Below, piece by piece: positions 46,528 through 58,626 of a stretch of DNA of 64,000 nt. Under the pieces are notes generated by a model, which was not told where the DNA came from, did no database searches, and worked only from the letters and a program-made list of their open reading frames with translations. The DNA is from Macrostomum hystrix. Its lineage: Eukaryota; Animalia; Platyhelminthes. The first letter of the stretch is position 1. Each line of letters starts with the position of its first letter. The stretch spans positions 7,192,001-7,256,000 of the forward strand of contig CATNEN010000001.1 of assembly GCA_950097015.1 (NCBI GenBank). Direction: 5' to 3'. The position numbers and the translations under genes were made by a program.

Positions 46528-48054
46528 ATGGCCGACTCAAAGTGCGGAGTCTGCAGCGCCCGAGCCTGCAGCGAGCCCGTGCTCGAGCTGGGACCCCGGT
46601 CTGGGACGCCACTGTGTCGCGAGCACATCGCCAAGGAGCTGCAGAAGGTCACTGAGCAAAAGGACAGCCTGCTGACGAAGCTGCGCGCTCTCCGTGACTC
46701 GGCTGACAGGGCTCAGCTGCGGCTTGAGCACAGCGCGCTGCAGGCGGAGCTCGAGGAGGCGAGCGACATGTTCGACGCAGTGCAGGAGGCGCTGCAGCTG
46801 TGGAGGCAGCGGACGCTGTCTCGAGTGCAGGCGGTGCTCGACTCGGTCGCCGGTCAGCTGAGAGACGCGGCGGAGGCCGAGCAGTGCGAGAAGGATGTGG
46901 CGACCGCCTGCGATGCTGGAGACATGAGGAGGCTGGCTGAGCTCACTGCCTCTGCCGAGCTGTGGCTGGATGAGGCCACTGAGCGATCGGACCAGTTCGA
47001 TGAGGCTCGATCGAAGCTGCGCGAGCGGCAGAGCTCGGTCCGGCTTGGCCTGAGCAGCGATGCGATCGTCCGGTCAGTGGGAGACGTGGCGGCAGGGGTG
47101 CAGGAGCTGCTCTTCATCACCGACAGGCACATGGCGAGCGTGCTGCGACAGTGCTGGCTGGATGACGCTGAGCACAGCTCAGGGACTCGAGTGTGCCAGG
47201 CCGTTTCAGCTGTGGAGCAAATTGAATATTGCCCATTGTGCGTGGCTTGCTGCTCAAACACTGCAGGATTCGGTGGTGACTCGTCGAGTCGGGTTGTGAA
47301 GGCTGAGTCAGCTGACTGTGACGTCACTCCACTGCCTGAGCCCTGCATCTTCGTGGCTTTTGATGCAGGCTGCGCTGACCACCTGTTGGTGACGTCACTT
47401 GACGGATCCGTGAGGCTGAAGTGCCACATGAACCTGCACTGGAGAAGGTTAATCACGGGTCTTCACTTTGACAGCGAGAGGCAGTTGCTGTTTGTGGCTC
47501 AGGACAAAGCCGTGACTGTGACTGATCTGAGCGGAGAGGCGAAGCGTGTGATCACTGCTGAGTCACTGCATCTGAGCAGCATGGACATTCAGGGCATCGA
47601 TGGAGACAAGGACAAACTTCTCGTAGTGGATGATGAATCGAACATGGTGATCATAATCGGGAAGGACTCAGGTGAGCTTCAGAGCTCTCTTCATGTGAGT
47701 GCATTCAAGAAGGGTTCCTTCTCTGACCTGACTCTGCACGGGAGCAAGATTCTGCTGTTGGACTCAGGAGGCAAAGTGCTCAGGATTTGCAGCATCAGCG
47801 GCCAGCTCATCTCCAGCTACCCGCACAATGAAGAAGCTTTAAACGGGCCAAGGAAAGTCTGCTCAGCCAGCAGAGGTGTGCTGTTCGTCTCAGAGACACG
47901 TGCCACACAGTTCGAGTGTTCTCCAGCACGGGAGCCACGGGAGCCACGTTCTCCAGCACGGGAACTACGGAGATTGAAAATCCGGGAACTATTTGACTCA
48001 TTTTTCTCCCGGCAATATCGAATGGAGAATCGCGTTGAACTCTGTGACAATTAA
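46528..48054 (+). CDS. Intronless TRIM-like protein (Zn-binding N-terminus, coiled coil, NHL-like beta-propeller); probable 3' frameshift
   Basis: CxxC...LCREH, a long amphipathic helical region, then repeats such as ITGLHFD...LFVA, IQGIDGD...LLVVD...V and LNGPRKVC...LFVSE. The family assignment is by motif resemblance only. Confidence 0.6.
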   Translation: MADSKCGVCSARACSEPVLELGPRSGTPLCREHIAKELQKVTEQKDSLLTKLRALRDSADRAQLRLEHSALQAELEEASDMFDAVQEALQLWRQRTLSRVQAVLDSVAGQLRDAAEAEQCEKDVATACDAGDMRRLAELTASAELWLDEATERSDQFDEARSKLRERQSSVRLGLSSDAIVRSVGDVAAGVQELLFITDRHMASVLRQCWLDDAEHSSGTRVCQAVSAVEQIEYCPLCVACCSNTAGFGGDSSSRVVKAESADCDVTPLPEPCIFVAFDAGCADHLLVTSLDGSVRLKCHMNLHWRRLITGLHFDSERQLLFVAQDKAVTVTDLSGEAKRVITAESLHLSSMDIQGIDGDKDKLLVVDDESNMVIIIGKDSGELQSSLHVSAFKKGSFSDLTLHGSKILLLDSGGKVLRICSISGQLISSYPHNEEALNGPRKVCSASRGVLFVSETRATQFECSPAREPREPRSPARELRRLKIRELFDSFFSRQYRMENRVELCDN

Positions 48055-48391
48055 GCCGGTAAAAAGGAAGAAGTCTTACAGTTATATTCTACTATAAGTA
48101 GCATCACTGTCATGGTTTCTTTACAGTTTTATTATCGATTTTAGTTCGTTTCGTTGAAAAAAAAATTGAAAGCTGGGCAATTTGCAAGTTAATGTCCGAT
48201 TAACAGCATGTTGGACGCGTGAATCTTATCAATTGAGGAAGTAGGGATTAATGTTGTCTGGATAAGTTGATCGGATTAAGTCATTGATTTGAGCTTTCAC
48301 AAAGCCAAATGAGCTCAACTCAAAGGGCTTACTACGTTGAGCAGAAAAGTATTTTTAAGTGATTCGAGCAACAACGGTCGTGACATTTTCT

Positions 48392-49400
48392 TCACACCGA
48401 AACCGCTCTGGTCATCAGGACAGCGAGGCTGGCTATCCTCACCCAGGAGGTCCAGCTGACTGGCCCGCCAGCCGGGTTGGCCGAGTTGCAGTAGGCCGTG
48501 CTGCAGTTGCGGCAGTTTGAGTAGCTGCTGGAGTAGATTGAGCAGTCGCCGCAGCCAGCGTAGAACAGCTAAGCTCGTATTGACAGGTGAGTGTTTGGGG
48601 TCGTTAGCACTAAGTAGTTAACTGCGTCAAAATGGGCCGATGTGTGTCGAAATTTCACTCACATTTGTCAGCGCAAATTTAACGCTAAACTCGTAGCAGC
48701 TCGGAGTGGCACAGCTGATTCTGCTTCTCTGAGAATATTGAAAATTTCCCGAGCTTGAAAAGCAGCCTATAGCGCCAGTTAACGTGTTGCAGTTGTCAGT
48801 TCGGCACGTTGAGCAGCTTGAGTATTGTGATGTGGAACAGGTGCCACATCCGGCGAAGGAGTACTGCGGATGATATGGTGTACTGACTGACTGACTGACT
48901 GACTGACTGACTGACTGACTGACTGACTGACTGACTGACTAACTGACTGACTGACTGACTGACTGACTGACTGACTGACTGACTGACTGACTGACTGACT
49001 GACTGACTGACTGACTGACTGACTGACTGACTGACTGACTGACTGACTGACTGACTGACTGACTGACTGACTGACTGACTGACTGACTGACTGACTGACT
49101 GACTGACTGACTGACTGACTGACCGACTGACTAGATACTTGCACCCGTTGCCATAGTTACCGCTCCGTATATGTAAGAGTAGCAGGTTGAATCGGAGCTG
49201 GAGCAAGTTGCAGTTGAACCATTGCTGGGAGAAGACACAGCAACCCTGGAGTAGCACGTGAGAGCAAAAATCACATCTGAAAATCGAAAAAAAAACTATT
49301 TTATTCATTCTAGAATCAATTCTACGAAAATCAGTGATTTCACATCTGTCTTACCAGCAATAGCGAGAAGCAGAATACTAGATATCAGGAAATTATTCAT
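48392..49400 (-). CDS. Cys-rich two-domain Ly6/three-finger-like, putatively GPI-anchored protein A (exons 49400-49355, 49276-49161, 48863-48663, 48568-48392)
   Basis: Signal peptide MNNFLISSILLLAIA; LTCY..C..CY|YSFAGCGTC..CSTC..NCN..GCF..C..CY|FYAGCGDC..CRNC..YCN-S; hydrophobic tail. Intron phases 1,0,0, all GT-AG. Confidence 0.85.
48883..49133. repeat. (GACT)n microsatellite
   Basis: About 62 near-perfect units in intron 2 of gene A. Confidence 0.98.
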
Positions 49401-49544
49401 TTTTTCTGAGTGATAAAGTAGACTCAACAAAAGAGGCAAGTAGTGCTTTGACCGAAGTTTTCTAAGACGAAAAAATTTGCTCGTGTCTATACGTGAACCC
49501 CTAAAATATACTTGCTGTAAGGTGGATCACATGAGTCCTCTCTG

Positions 49545-49558
49545 GTTGTCATGGCTAC
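49545..49558. promoter_or_regulatory. RFX X-box-like palindrome GTTGTCATGGCTAC
   Basis: Near match to GTNRCCATGGYAAC, 145 bp upstream of the gene A ATG. Confidence 0.45.
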
Positions 49559-49871
49559 CCTCTAACAGTAAATATAACATCGGCCCTTCAAATACTGCTC
49601 CTATTTGGAGTTCTTTATTTCACAGTTGAAAAGTAAATAAAGGTGTGTTCGCAATGCTGCTACTAATTTTGCTTTAACAAACGAGAGCATGCTAAATGAC
49701 GCTTAGACCCAGACTTTATATGGTAGTGAGAGAGAAGAAAATTGTGTTTATTCAATGGACCTCAGTACACGTGGTATATAATTGGCTCTTTTTATTATTT
49801 AAACGTCTGGATGACTGCATGCCAGCTACGCCGCTGAGGGCTGGGCCAACAGTCACCCAGCCAACAGGGAG

Positions 49872-50440
49872 TTGAGAAACGACTCGAGTTCATTAGTTGA
49901 GCAGATGAAGAGTGCGGTCAGGCCTCTTAAACCAGAGAACTTCTACTTTCACCCGTTGACTCTGTTGCCTGTGACGGAGCTTCCTGGAGTCACAGAGATT
50001 GATGAAGAAGAGTGGCAATACTATGGCACCTGTGCAGGTGTGTACAGCATTGTAAATCACTGCATGATGGCCCTGCAGAACAACAACTCAGAGCTTGGCC
50101 GCCATGCTGCATTTGAAACTCGCCGAGACTGCGGAGGCTGAGAGACTCGCGACAGAGATGCGACACCATCGCGTGAAAACTCAATGGACAAAGGAAAAAT
50201 TGAAAGCTTTGAGCTGCGACTGGACTCAGTCTGGGCTTGGAGGTTCTGCCTAGCCGCGGATACGCCTCAAAGCATTGAAGATGAGGAGTGGATGCTGAGG
50301 GTGAGGGTGCGGCTGCACAGAAATGGCTCAGCTGACTTTGGTCAACTCATGCCGATGGAGACGGTGATTAAGCAGAGGAACTGCTGTACGCAGGGCAAGC
50401 TATTGTGTTTTCACAAATTCCATCGGAGGCTTCACTTTAC
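49872..50440 (+). pseudogene. Coding-like fragment of unknown family split over frames
   Basis: Two adjacent GC-balanced ORFs with protein-like composition in AT-rich surroundings; no recognisable motif. Confidence 0.3.
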
Positions 50441-50556
50441 ATTTTTGGTGAGTTTGCTTGCAAGGCAAATTTACTGGGTTTTATGAATTGTTAAATGCAA
50501 CTACGAAATATTTAGTGCCGAGTACTTTAAAAGGTGCTGCCTTTAAGATGATTAAC

Positions 50557-50726
50557 ACTTTCACTGTGCCATGGAGGTTGACTCTCAGGGGCGTAAATTG
50601 CACGACAAGCCCCCAAGCCTTCTCTCCGCGGCTGCGCCACAAATGAATGTCACCTCGACGCGGAATCGAGCTCACGGACCTTGGCGCGAGAGGCAAACGC
50701 CTTTAAACGCTCTGCCACTGACTCCC
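50557..50726 (-). mobile_element. SINE family B, 5' half
   Basis: Reverse-complement match to the head and body. Confidence 0.85.
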
Positions 50727-51195
50727 AAAAGATAAATTTTAGACATACAAGTTACGAGTATTATGTGGAAAGCATGGCATGCGCAGAAATTTCAGTAGAA
50801 CTTTACGTTAGTAGTAATTTTTTATTTGAGATGTTTTTTCCCAATGAGATTGGGATGAGTGAGCATCTCAATCCCAACCTGTCCCTGGCTTGCCGATTCC
50901 CACAGCCTCAGAAACTTTTCCGTATCAAAATCGAAACTTTTGCGCTTAGCTCGTAGTTAAAAATCATTTCACGAAAAAACTGAATTTCTACAAGTTTCTT
51001 TTGAAGCAGATAGTTGCGGGCCACTGGGTCACAATGCACGCCGTTAGTTGCGAGAAATGAACGGAAAAAGCTGCTGTTGTTAAGAAGTTACTTCACGTTT
51101 CCACGTCAGTGTTAGGATTAAACTACTCCTCACCTGCTGCAGTTGTTCAGTTTTGAGTCATGTTTAACTGAAAGCTTTCAACGCAGCTTTTAACG

Positions 51196-53357
51196 ATGCT
51201 CAGCAGAGTCCTCAGCAATGGCGAGCTCTTTGGCCCGCTTATTTTCCTGCTCTGCTGTACGGCAATTAAATCTGTTGACGCTCAAGGCGCTGGCAATGCT
51301 GCAAGTTCGTCAGAGATAAGTTCCGGTAATTGAGATAGAATGTTTTAGGGTCTCCTTGTTTAATTCACGCTAACTGGCGATGAGAAAGTCAGGCGGGTGT
51401 GCATAATGAGATCAGGAACTATCGCAAATTCATGTCGACGTCATTTTTAGAATTCATGAGAGATCCTGTAGCCGCTACCAGCCCTGCTGAATTGACTTCA
51501 GCTGAAGGTCGGACTGAGTCACAATGCCTGGCGTTGTGCGGCCGGTCCGTTGCAAAGAACTGCTTCGCGACTGCGTTTGCCCGAAACCAGAAGCTCTGCC
51601 TGTTCTCGGGTACCTGGTGCGCCAATTTCGCCAATGCTGCGCCAAATAGTGCAGTCTATCGGAAACGCTGGGGCTCACTTGGAGAAGCCATCCGTGAGTG
51701 GGATTTCACGAGTTCAGATTTTCATATTCAACTCTCAGCTGATCATTGTTTGTGTTATATGATTACGTTGAGGGCTGCGGGCAAAGTCCATGATTTGGTG
51801 ATATCGCTGACTCCTGAGCACACACGCACACAGATACCGTACACAGACACACGCTCAAACACGTCTGTACATCTGCCGTGACTATCTCATCGTCAGGCAG
51901 TGTACACTCTCACTTAGCTTTCCCGACGGCTGCACCCAAAATGTACATGGCCCTCGCCGAGCTCATGAACTAGTTGATTGTTTCAAGTAGGGAAGAAAAT
52001 AAAGCAACTGAAGAAATTCAATAACTTGTAACTGAGCTATAACGCCTTCCCATTTTCATTTCCAGAGCAGTTCAGGTTTGTCAACGGCCGCCAGTTTCAA
52101 GTGATTCAGCAGCGCTCGAAGGGCAAGATGAGCTTCGCCCAGTGCTGGGCTGAATACGAGACCGGATTCGGCGATGAGACCGACTTTTGGATTGGTATTT
52201 TCATTGATATTTCTATGCGGAAATTCAAATACTCACTGCCCACTTCATGATAGATCCCAAACCGAATGACCGATTTTCGTGGACTTGGACCGATCCAAGT
52301 CCACCACATGGATCAAATGTTCCGCTTTTTCGATACACTAACTTTCAAAGGCATCCGTCGTTAGTATCGAGATATTCAGCAATTCTTGTCGAAGACCCTG
52401 GTGAAAAGGACAACTAGCATAGCTATGTACGAGTGTAAACCTCTGCATGATGAATCCGTAAAGGTACAATAATCTGAGTCCGTCTGTCGTAGGGACCTTA
52501 GTACTCAGCCTCCCAGGTACCAGAATCCTCTTCATCGATCATGGCTACTGGCTGAAGACTGCATGCAGAAAGTATTGTTCCATTTTGGCTTTGGGGAACG
52601 CATCCGTACGTCCGTGAGATGCCGATTGAGTGCTTTTTTAACGTCCCGACTGTGATGAAGAGGATCCTTGGGACTGGGATTCTAAGAACATAGTTTGTGG
52701 AGCCGACATGCTTCCATTGTGAAAATATGTGAGTAGAAAAATGATGCCCCTGTTATGGTGGCTGACACCCTGACGAGAATCGTTGAATATCTCGATGTTT
52801 TGTGATTCTGGAAGTTCTAATGGAGATTGGTTGAAGTTTTTGGATATAGGTAAAGAAAAAAGTGTGTATTTTAAATACCCAGTGGTCTTCCTGTTGTTAA
52901 GGTCGAACACATATCTTCTTGTCTTACAGGTCTGACCGCACTGAACAAGCTAACCGGTGGCACGCCTAGATTGCTGAGAATCGAAGCTGTCACGTACTCT
53001 AACGAGCTGTACATCGCTGAGTATTCAGGATTTTCTGTAAGCCCCGCCAACACCAAGTACCGCATGACATATGACTCATACCTGACGGCCACTTCCAACA
53101 TGACCAGCGATTCTCTCGGCAGCCATCGCGAAATGCAATTCTCCACAATGGACAAGGACAATGACGAGAAGGAGGACGAGAGCTGTTCCAGGAATAGCGG
53201 CGGAAATGGCGGCTGGTGGTACAAGAAATGCTCAAGCTGCAATCCCAACGGGATATTCTACTCAAGCAAAGACTCTGTAGGCGAGACTGGAATGTACTAT
53301 TATGGAGCCGATAAGAAAAATTCGTTGAGAAGTTTTCGGATGATGATTGAAGTTTGA
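51196..53357 (+). CDS. Secreted PAN/apple + fibrinogen C-terminal domain (FReD) protein (exons 51196-51325, 51451-51693, 52066-52194, 52930-53357)
   Basis: Hydrophobic leader; PAN-like CLALC...NCFATAF....LCLF; FBG motifs VIQQR..G..SF...WAEYETGFG...FWIGL, LLRIE, AEYSGFSV, MQFSTMDKDND, GGWWYKKC...NPNG. Three phase-1 GT-AG introns. Confidence 0.88.
51770..51962 (-). mobile_element. SINE family B, deleted copy
   Basis: Family blocks in FReD intron 2. Confidence 0.75.
52230..52860 (-). mobile_element. Possible LINE 3'-end fragment in FReD intron 3
   Basis: TLVHSYASCPFHQGLRQELL resembles the H-x4-CP-x4-R zinc-knuckle tail of non-LTR ORF2 proteins; the rest is degraded. Confidence 0.35.
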
Positions 53358-54299
53358 ATCAGGCTTTGTCAGCAACATACTGCAAATATCAATATACGCT
53401 TAACTCGTGGCACAAAACAAGTTAGCAACGCAGGCCGCTGTGCGCCGCCTATGAAGACAGCGACAACTTAAAAAACACCACGTCTATACTACTCGAAGTA
53501 AAGTAATGTATACAGTTTCCGATTGAAGTCAATCTACTGTCTAGTTTCAAGTATTTATTTTGGTTTTGATAAGCTTTTCTTTGGTCAGTTAAATGACGAG
53601 CGCAAATAGATGTACTTTTTGGTCGGAATAAACAAAGACAAAAAAGAATTTAATAATTACATTAAATTTCCAGTTCTACTATCCTCTATAACAGAGAAAT
53701 CCAAATAGAACAAGCTTACTTGTTAGTAACTGGGCAAAATTAGCAATTTTTATTTTCTAGCAAAAGAGGCTGTACTGACATCTACGAGTATTTAGATGTC
53801 ATTTGGATAGATAGATGGGATCAGGACAGGATATGACAAAGCTTTGCTCTATTCCTATCTATTGTTGTTGCAGTTCAATTCCCCTAGCTGTTACCATATC
53901 AACGGGGCAGAGAAAAGGGTAGAGAGGCGCCCACTAATTTGTTTAATCTCTTTCCCTCCTGCAGTCTATGCAAATGGTAGTTTTGTTGCTAGGCAAACAG
54001 ATTTTTGTTGACTTCAATGCATGGAATTATGTGAATCGTTCATCACGCAAAGGCAAGTAGAAAGAGAAATGGGAAAAGCGAATCTAAGCACAACAGAAAC
54101 ACGACTATAGGCTTTTGAATATTTTGAATCGAAAAAGTAATTAATGAACTACGTACTATAGACAGTTTGCTGAATAGCATTTTAAATCTTTCAAAGCGAC
54201 ATGTAAAGCTGACAAACAAAAGCGTCTAAATGTAAAGCGAAATATACGGTAAAATAAATCGAAAACACGTTTAACACATACGAGGACAAAAATGAAAAA

Positions 54300-54790
54300 C
54301 TGCAACACATTAAAGGACATCTAAAACACAATAAACACATCCGAGGGCACCCTAGAACTCGTTAGACCCATCCTAGAGCACATAAAACATTAGACTCGAT
54401 TAGACGATACCTAAACACATTAGACTTATCCGAGGACATCTAAAACACATTAGACCTATCCGAGGACATCTAAAACACATTAGATCTATCCGAGGACATC
54501 TAAAACACATTAGACCTATCCGAGGACATCTAAAACACATTAGACCCATTCGAAGACATCTTAAACACATTAGACCTATCCGAAGACATCTAAAACACAT
54601 TAGACCCATTCGAGGACATCTTAAACACATTAGACCTATCCGAGGACATCTAAAACACATTAGACCTATCCGAGATAACCTTGAACACATTAGACACAAT
54701 TTGAGGACACCTTAATCGTTTTAGACCTCATCAGAGGACACCTAGATTACGAGACCCATGCCGGGACACCCGAATGACGTCTGCAGGCCA
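54300..54790. repeat. 30-bp minisatellite (GGACATCTAAAACACATTAGACCTATCCGA)n
   Basis: About 16 units immediately 3' of the gene B stop codon. Confidence 0.95.
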
Positions 54791-54802
54791 AACCAAGGAC
54801 GC

Positions 54803-57800
54803 CTAGAAGACCTTGGCGAGTGCCAGGATGAAGGCGACAGCGCTGGCAGCGGTCGTGACGACTGTCCCACAATGGACACGCACGGTGCGGGCAGAATTGC
54901 AGTAGTTCGAGCTGCAGCTGCGGCAGTTCGCGAAGGATCCGTAGAGTGAGCAGTCGCCGCAGCCAGCAAAGAAGAACTGGTGTGGTAGAAAATTGACAAA
55001 ATTAGGGAATACTGAGGTTCTGATCTTGTAGAAAGTCATCGGAAATCATAGTGAGCTCACATTGATAATGCCATAATTCAGGCTGTACTCATAACAGCTG
55101 CTGGTTGTGCAAGTCCTCCTGGTCCTAGAGGTGTACTGATAATCTCCCAGACTGAAGTAACAGTTTACAGAAGACGACCTGCTGTTGCAATAGTTGCTTG
55201 AGCAGGAAGAGCAGCTGTAGAATGTGCTAGCGAAGGAGGAGCAACTGCCGCAGCCAGCGTAATTGTACTGAAATGGTTCCGCGTTGGTCGTTTGCGTCTT
55301 TGAGTTCGTACGATGACAATCTGGCAAACTTGTGTTTCTACGACTATCTGACGATTTTGATTTTGATGACGATATATCTGACGGTTTGGTTGCTAGCACA
55401 ATCTGAGGATCTGGTTGGTTTGGTTGCTAGGACAATCTGAGGATCTGGTGGTTTGGTTGCTAGTACAATCTGAGGATCTGGTTGGTTTGGTTGCTAGTAC
55501 AATCTGAGGATCTGGTGGTTTGGTTGCTAGGACAATCTGTGGATCTGGTTGGTTTGGCTGCTAGCACAATCTGAGGATCTGGTTGGTTTGGTTGCTAGCA
55601 CAATCTGTGGATCTGGTTGGTTTGGCTGCTAGGACAATCTGAGGATCTGGTTGGTTTTGGCTGCTAGGACAATCTGTGGATCTGGTTGGTTTGGCTGCTA
55701 GGACAATCTGAGGATCTGGTTGGTTTGGCTGCTAGGACAATCTGAGGATCTGGTGGTTTGGTTGCTAGCACAATCTGTGGATCTGGTTGGTTTGGCTGCT
55801 AGCACAATCTGAGGATCTGGTTGGTTTGGTTGCTAGCACAATCTGTGGATCTGGTTGGTTTGGCTGCTAGGACAATCTGAGGATCTGGTTGGTTTGGCTG
55901 CTAGGACAATCTGTGGATCTGGTTGGTTTGGTTGCTAGCACAATCTGAGGATCTGGTTGGTTTGGCTGCTAGGACAATCTGTGGATCTGGTTGGTTTGGC
56001 TGCTAGGACAATCTGAGGATCTGGTTGGTTTGGTTGCTAGCACAATCTGAGGATCTGGTGGTTTGGTTGCTAGGACAATCTGTGGATCTGGTTGGTTTGG
56101 CTGCTAGGACAATCTGAGGATCTGGTTGGTTTGGCTGCTAGCACAATCTGAGGATCTGGTTGGTTTGGTTGCTAGCACAATCTGAGGATCTGGTGGTTTG
56201 GTTGCTAGGACAATCTGAGGATCTGGTTGGTTTGGTTGCTAGCACAATCTGAGGATCTGGTTGGTTTGGTTGCTAGCACAATCTGAGGATCTGGTTGGTT
56301 TGGTTGCTAGCACAATCTGAGGATCTGGTTGGTTTGGTTGCTAGGACAATCTGAGGATCTGGTGGTTTGGTTGCTAGGACAATCTGAGGATCTGGTTGGT
56401 TTGGTTGCTAGCACAATCTGTGGATCTGGTTGGTTTGGTTGCTAGGACAATCTGAGGATCTGGTGGTTTGGTTGCTAGCACAATCTGAGGATCTGGTTGG
56501 TTTGGTTGCTAGCACAATCTGAGGATCTGGTGGTTTGGTTGCTAGGACAATCTGAGGATCTGGTTGGTTTGGTTGCTAGGACAATCTGAGGATCTGGTTG
56601 GTTTGGTTGCTAGGACAATCTGAGGATCTGGTTGGTTTGGCTGCTAGCACAATCTGAGGATCTGGTTGGTTTGGTTGCTAGCACAATCTGAGGATCTGGT
56701 GGTTTGGTTGCTAGGACAATCTGAGGATCTGGTGGTTTGGTTGCTAGGACAATCTGAGGATCTGGTTGGTTTGGTTGCTAGCACAATCTGAGGATCTGGT
56801 GGTTTGGTTGCTAGCACAATCTGTGGATCTGGTTGGTTTGGTTGCTAGGACAATCTGAGGATCTGGTGGTTTGGTTGCTAGCACAATCTGTGGATCTGGT
56901 TGGTTTGGTTGCTAGCACAATCTGAGGATCTGGTGGTTTGGTTGCTAGGACAATCTGAGGATCTGGTTGGTTTGGTTGCTAGGACAATCTGAGGATCTGG
57001 TGGTTTGGTTGCTAGGACAATCTGAGGATCTGGTGGTTTGGTTGCTAGGACAATCTGAGGATCTGGTTGGTTTGGTTGCTAGGACAATCTGAGGATCTGG
57101 TGGTTTGGTTGCTAGGACAATCTGAGGATCTGGTTGGTTTGGTTGCTAGCACAATCTGAGGATCTGGTGGTTTGGTTGCTAGGACAATCTGAGGATCTGG
57201 TTGGTTTGGTTGCTAGGACAATCTGAGGATCTGGTTGGTTTGGTTGCTAGGACAATCTGAGGATCTGGTGGTTTGGTTGCTAGGACAATCTGAGGATCTG
57301 GTGGTTTGGTTGCTAGGACAATCTGAGGATCTGGTTGGTTTGGTTGCTAGCACAATCTGAGGATCTGGTGGTTTGGTTGCTAGGACAATCTGAGGATCTG
57401 GTGGTTTGGTTGCTAGGACAATCTGAGGATCTGGTTGGTTTGGTTGCTAGGACTATCTGAGGATCTGGTTGTTTTGGTTGCTAAGACAATCTGAGGATCT
57501 GGTTGGTTTGGTTGCTAAGACAATCTGAGGATCTGGTTGTTTGGTTGCTAGCACAATCTGAGGATCTGGTTGTTTTGGTTGCTAAAACAATCTGAGGATC
57601 TGGTGGTTTGGTTGCTAGCACAATCTGTGGATCTGGTTGTTTGGTTGCTAGCACAATCTGAGGATCTGGTTGTTTTGGTTGCTAAGACAATCTGAGGATC
57701 TGGTTGGTTTGGTTGCTAGCACAATCTGAGGATCTGGTGGTTTGGTTGCTAGCACAATCTGAGGATCTGGTTGGTTTGGTTGCTAGGACAATCTGAGGAT

Positions 57801-58166
57801 CTGGTTGGTTTGGTTGCTAAGACAATCTGAGGATCTGGTTGGTTTCTACGATAATAAGTAAGTATGGAAGGAATTCTAAGGTGAGATCCATTGTTGGCAC
57901 TTACGGAACCTGAGGTGTAGCTGTGGCAGGTGCTAACGCTGGCGCAATAGGTGTCAGTGCCATTGCTAGTAGATGAAGTTGTTGTATTCCTTGTGTAACA
58001 GTTTATACCAGCCTGGGTACCACCTGTTGATATAAGTTGATTGAATTGTACGAAATGGTTAATAAGTTTAAAGCAAAATAAATGAGGCCTTAACGACAGC
58101 GTACTTACCTGACAACGCTATCAGAACTACAACGATGATAACTGATTTAGTTTTGCTGAATGACAT
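54803..58166 (-). CDS. Cys-rich two-domain Ly6/three-finger-like, putatively GPI-anchored protein B (exons 58166-58109, 58023-57905, 55267-55061, 54976-54803)
   Basis: MSFSKTKSVIIVVVLIALS; INCY..C..CHSY|YNYAGCGSC..CSSCSSNYCN..NCY..C..CYEY|FFFAGCGDC..CRSCSSNYCNSA..AVAFILALAKVF*. Same intron positions as genes A and C. Confidence 0.88.
55383..57845. repeat. 33/34-bp intronic minisatellite (GCACAATCTGAGGATCTGGTTGGTTTGGTTGCTA)n, about 73 copies
   Basis: Fills intron 2 of gene B. Confidence 0.98.
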
Positions 58167-58379
58167 TTCCTTTAGAAACTGAATTCAGATATATTTAGTC
58201 AGATATATTTTCGTTATTGAAAAGAATCTTTACTGATCCAGATTTTATTCTGTGAATCAACCTACACGAGACAGGTGATTTAGTACAATGCAAATCTAAG
58301 CACACTGGTAGGACTACAAATTAATGGGGAAGTGTGGAATGGTTGAAGGGAAACTATATTGAAAAGGATCACAGATTTC

Positions 58380-58393
58380 GTAGTCATGACGAC
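58380..58393. promoter_or_regulatory. Weak X-box-like palindrome GTAGTCATGACGAC
   Basis: 214 bp upstream of the gene B ATG; weaker match than those of genes A and C. Confidence 0.3.
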
Positions 58394-58626
58394 AAGTTAG
58401 AGACGCAAAGTAGTGGAGAAAAGAGTATGTACTCTACTGATGACTTGGGAAAGAGAGTGCATGCGAGGAAGTGTGTGGTAGACGAGACAGGATGCGAGGT
58501 GAGAGGAGAGAGGGAGAGGAATAATGCATTCATAGGGATTTATGAGCTCAAAATTAACAATAATGAAATAGAAAGCTGTTGTTAAATATTTTTTTCATTA
58601 ACCATTTACATTAAAGCACGTTAGCG

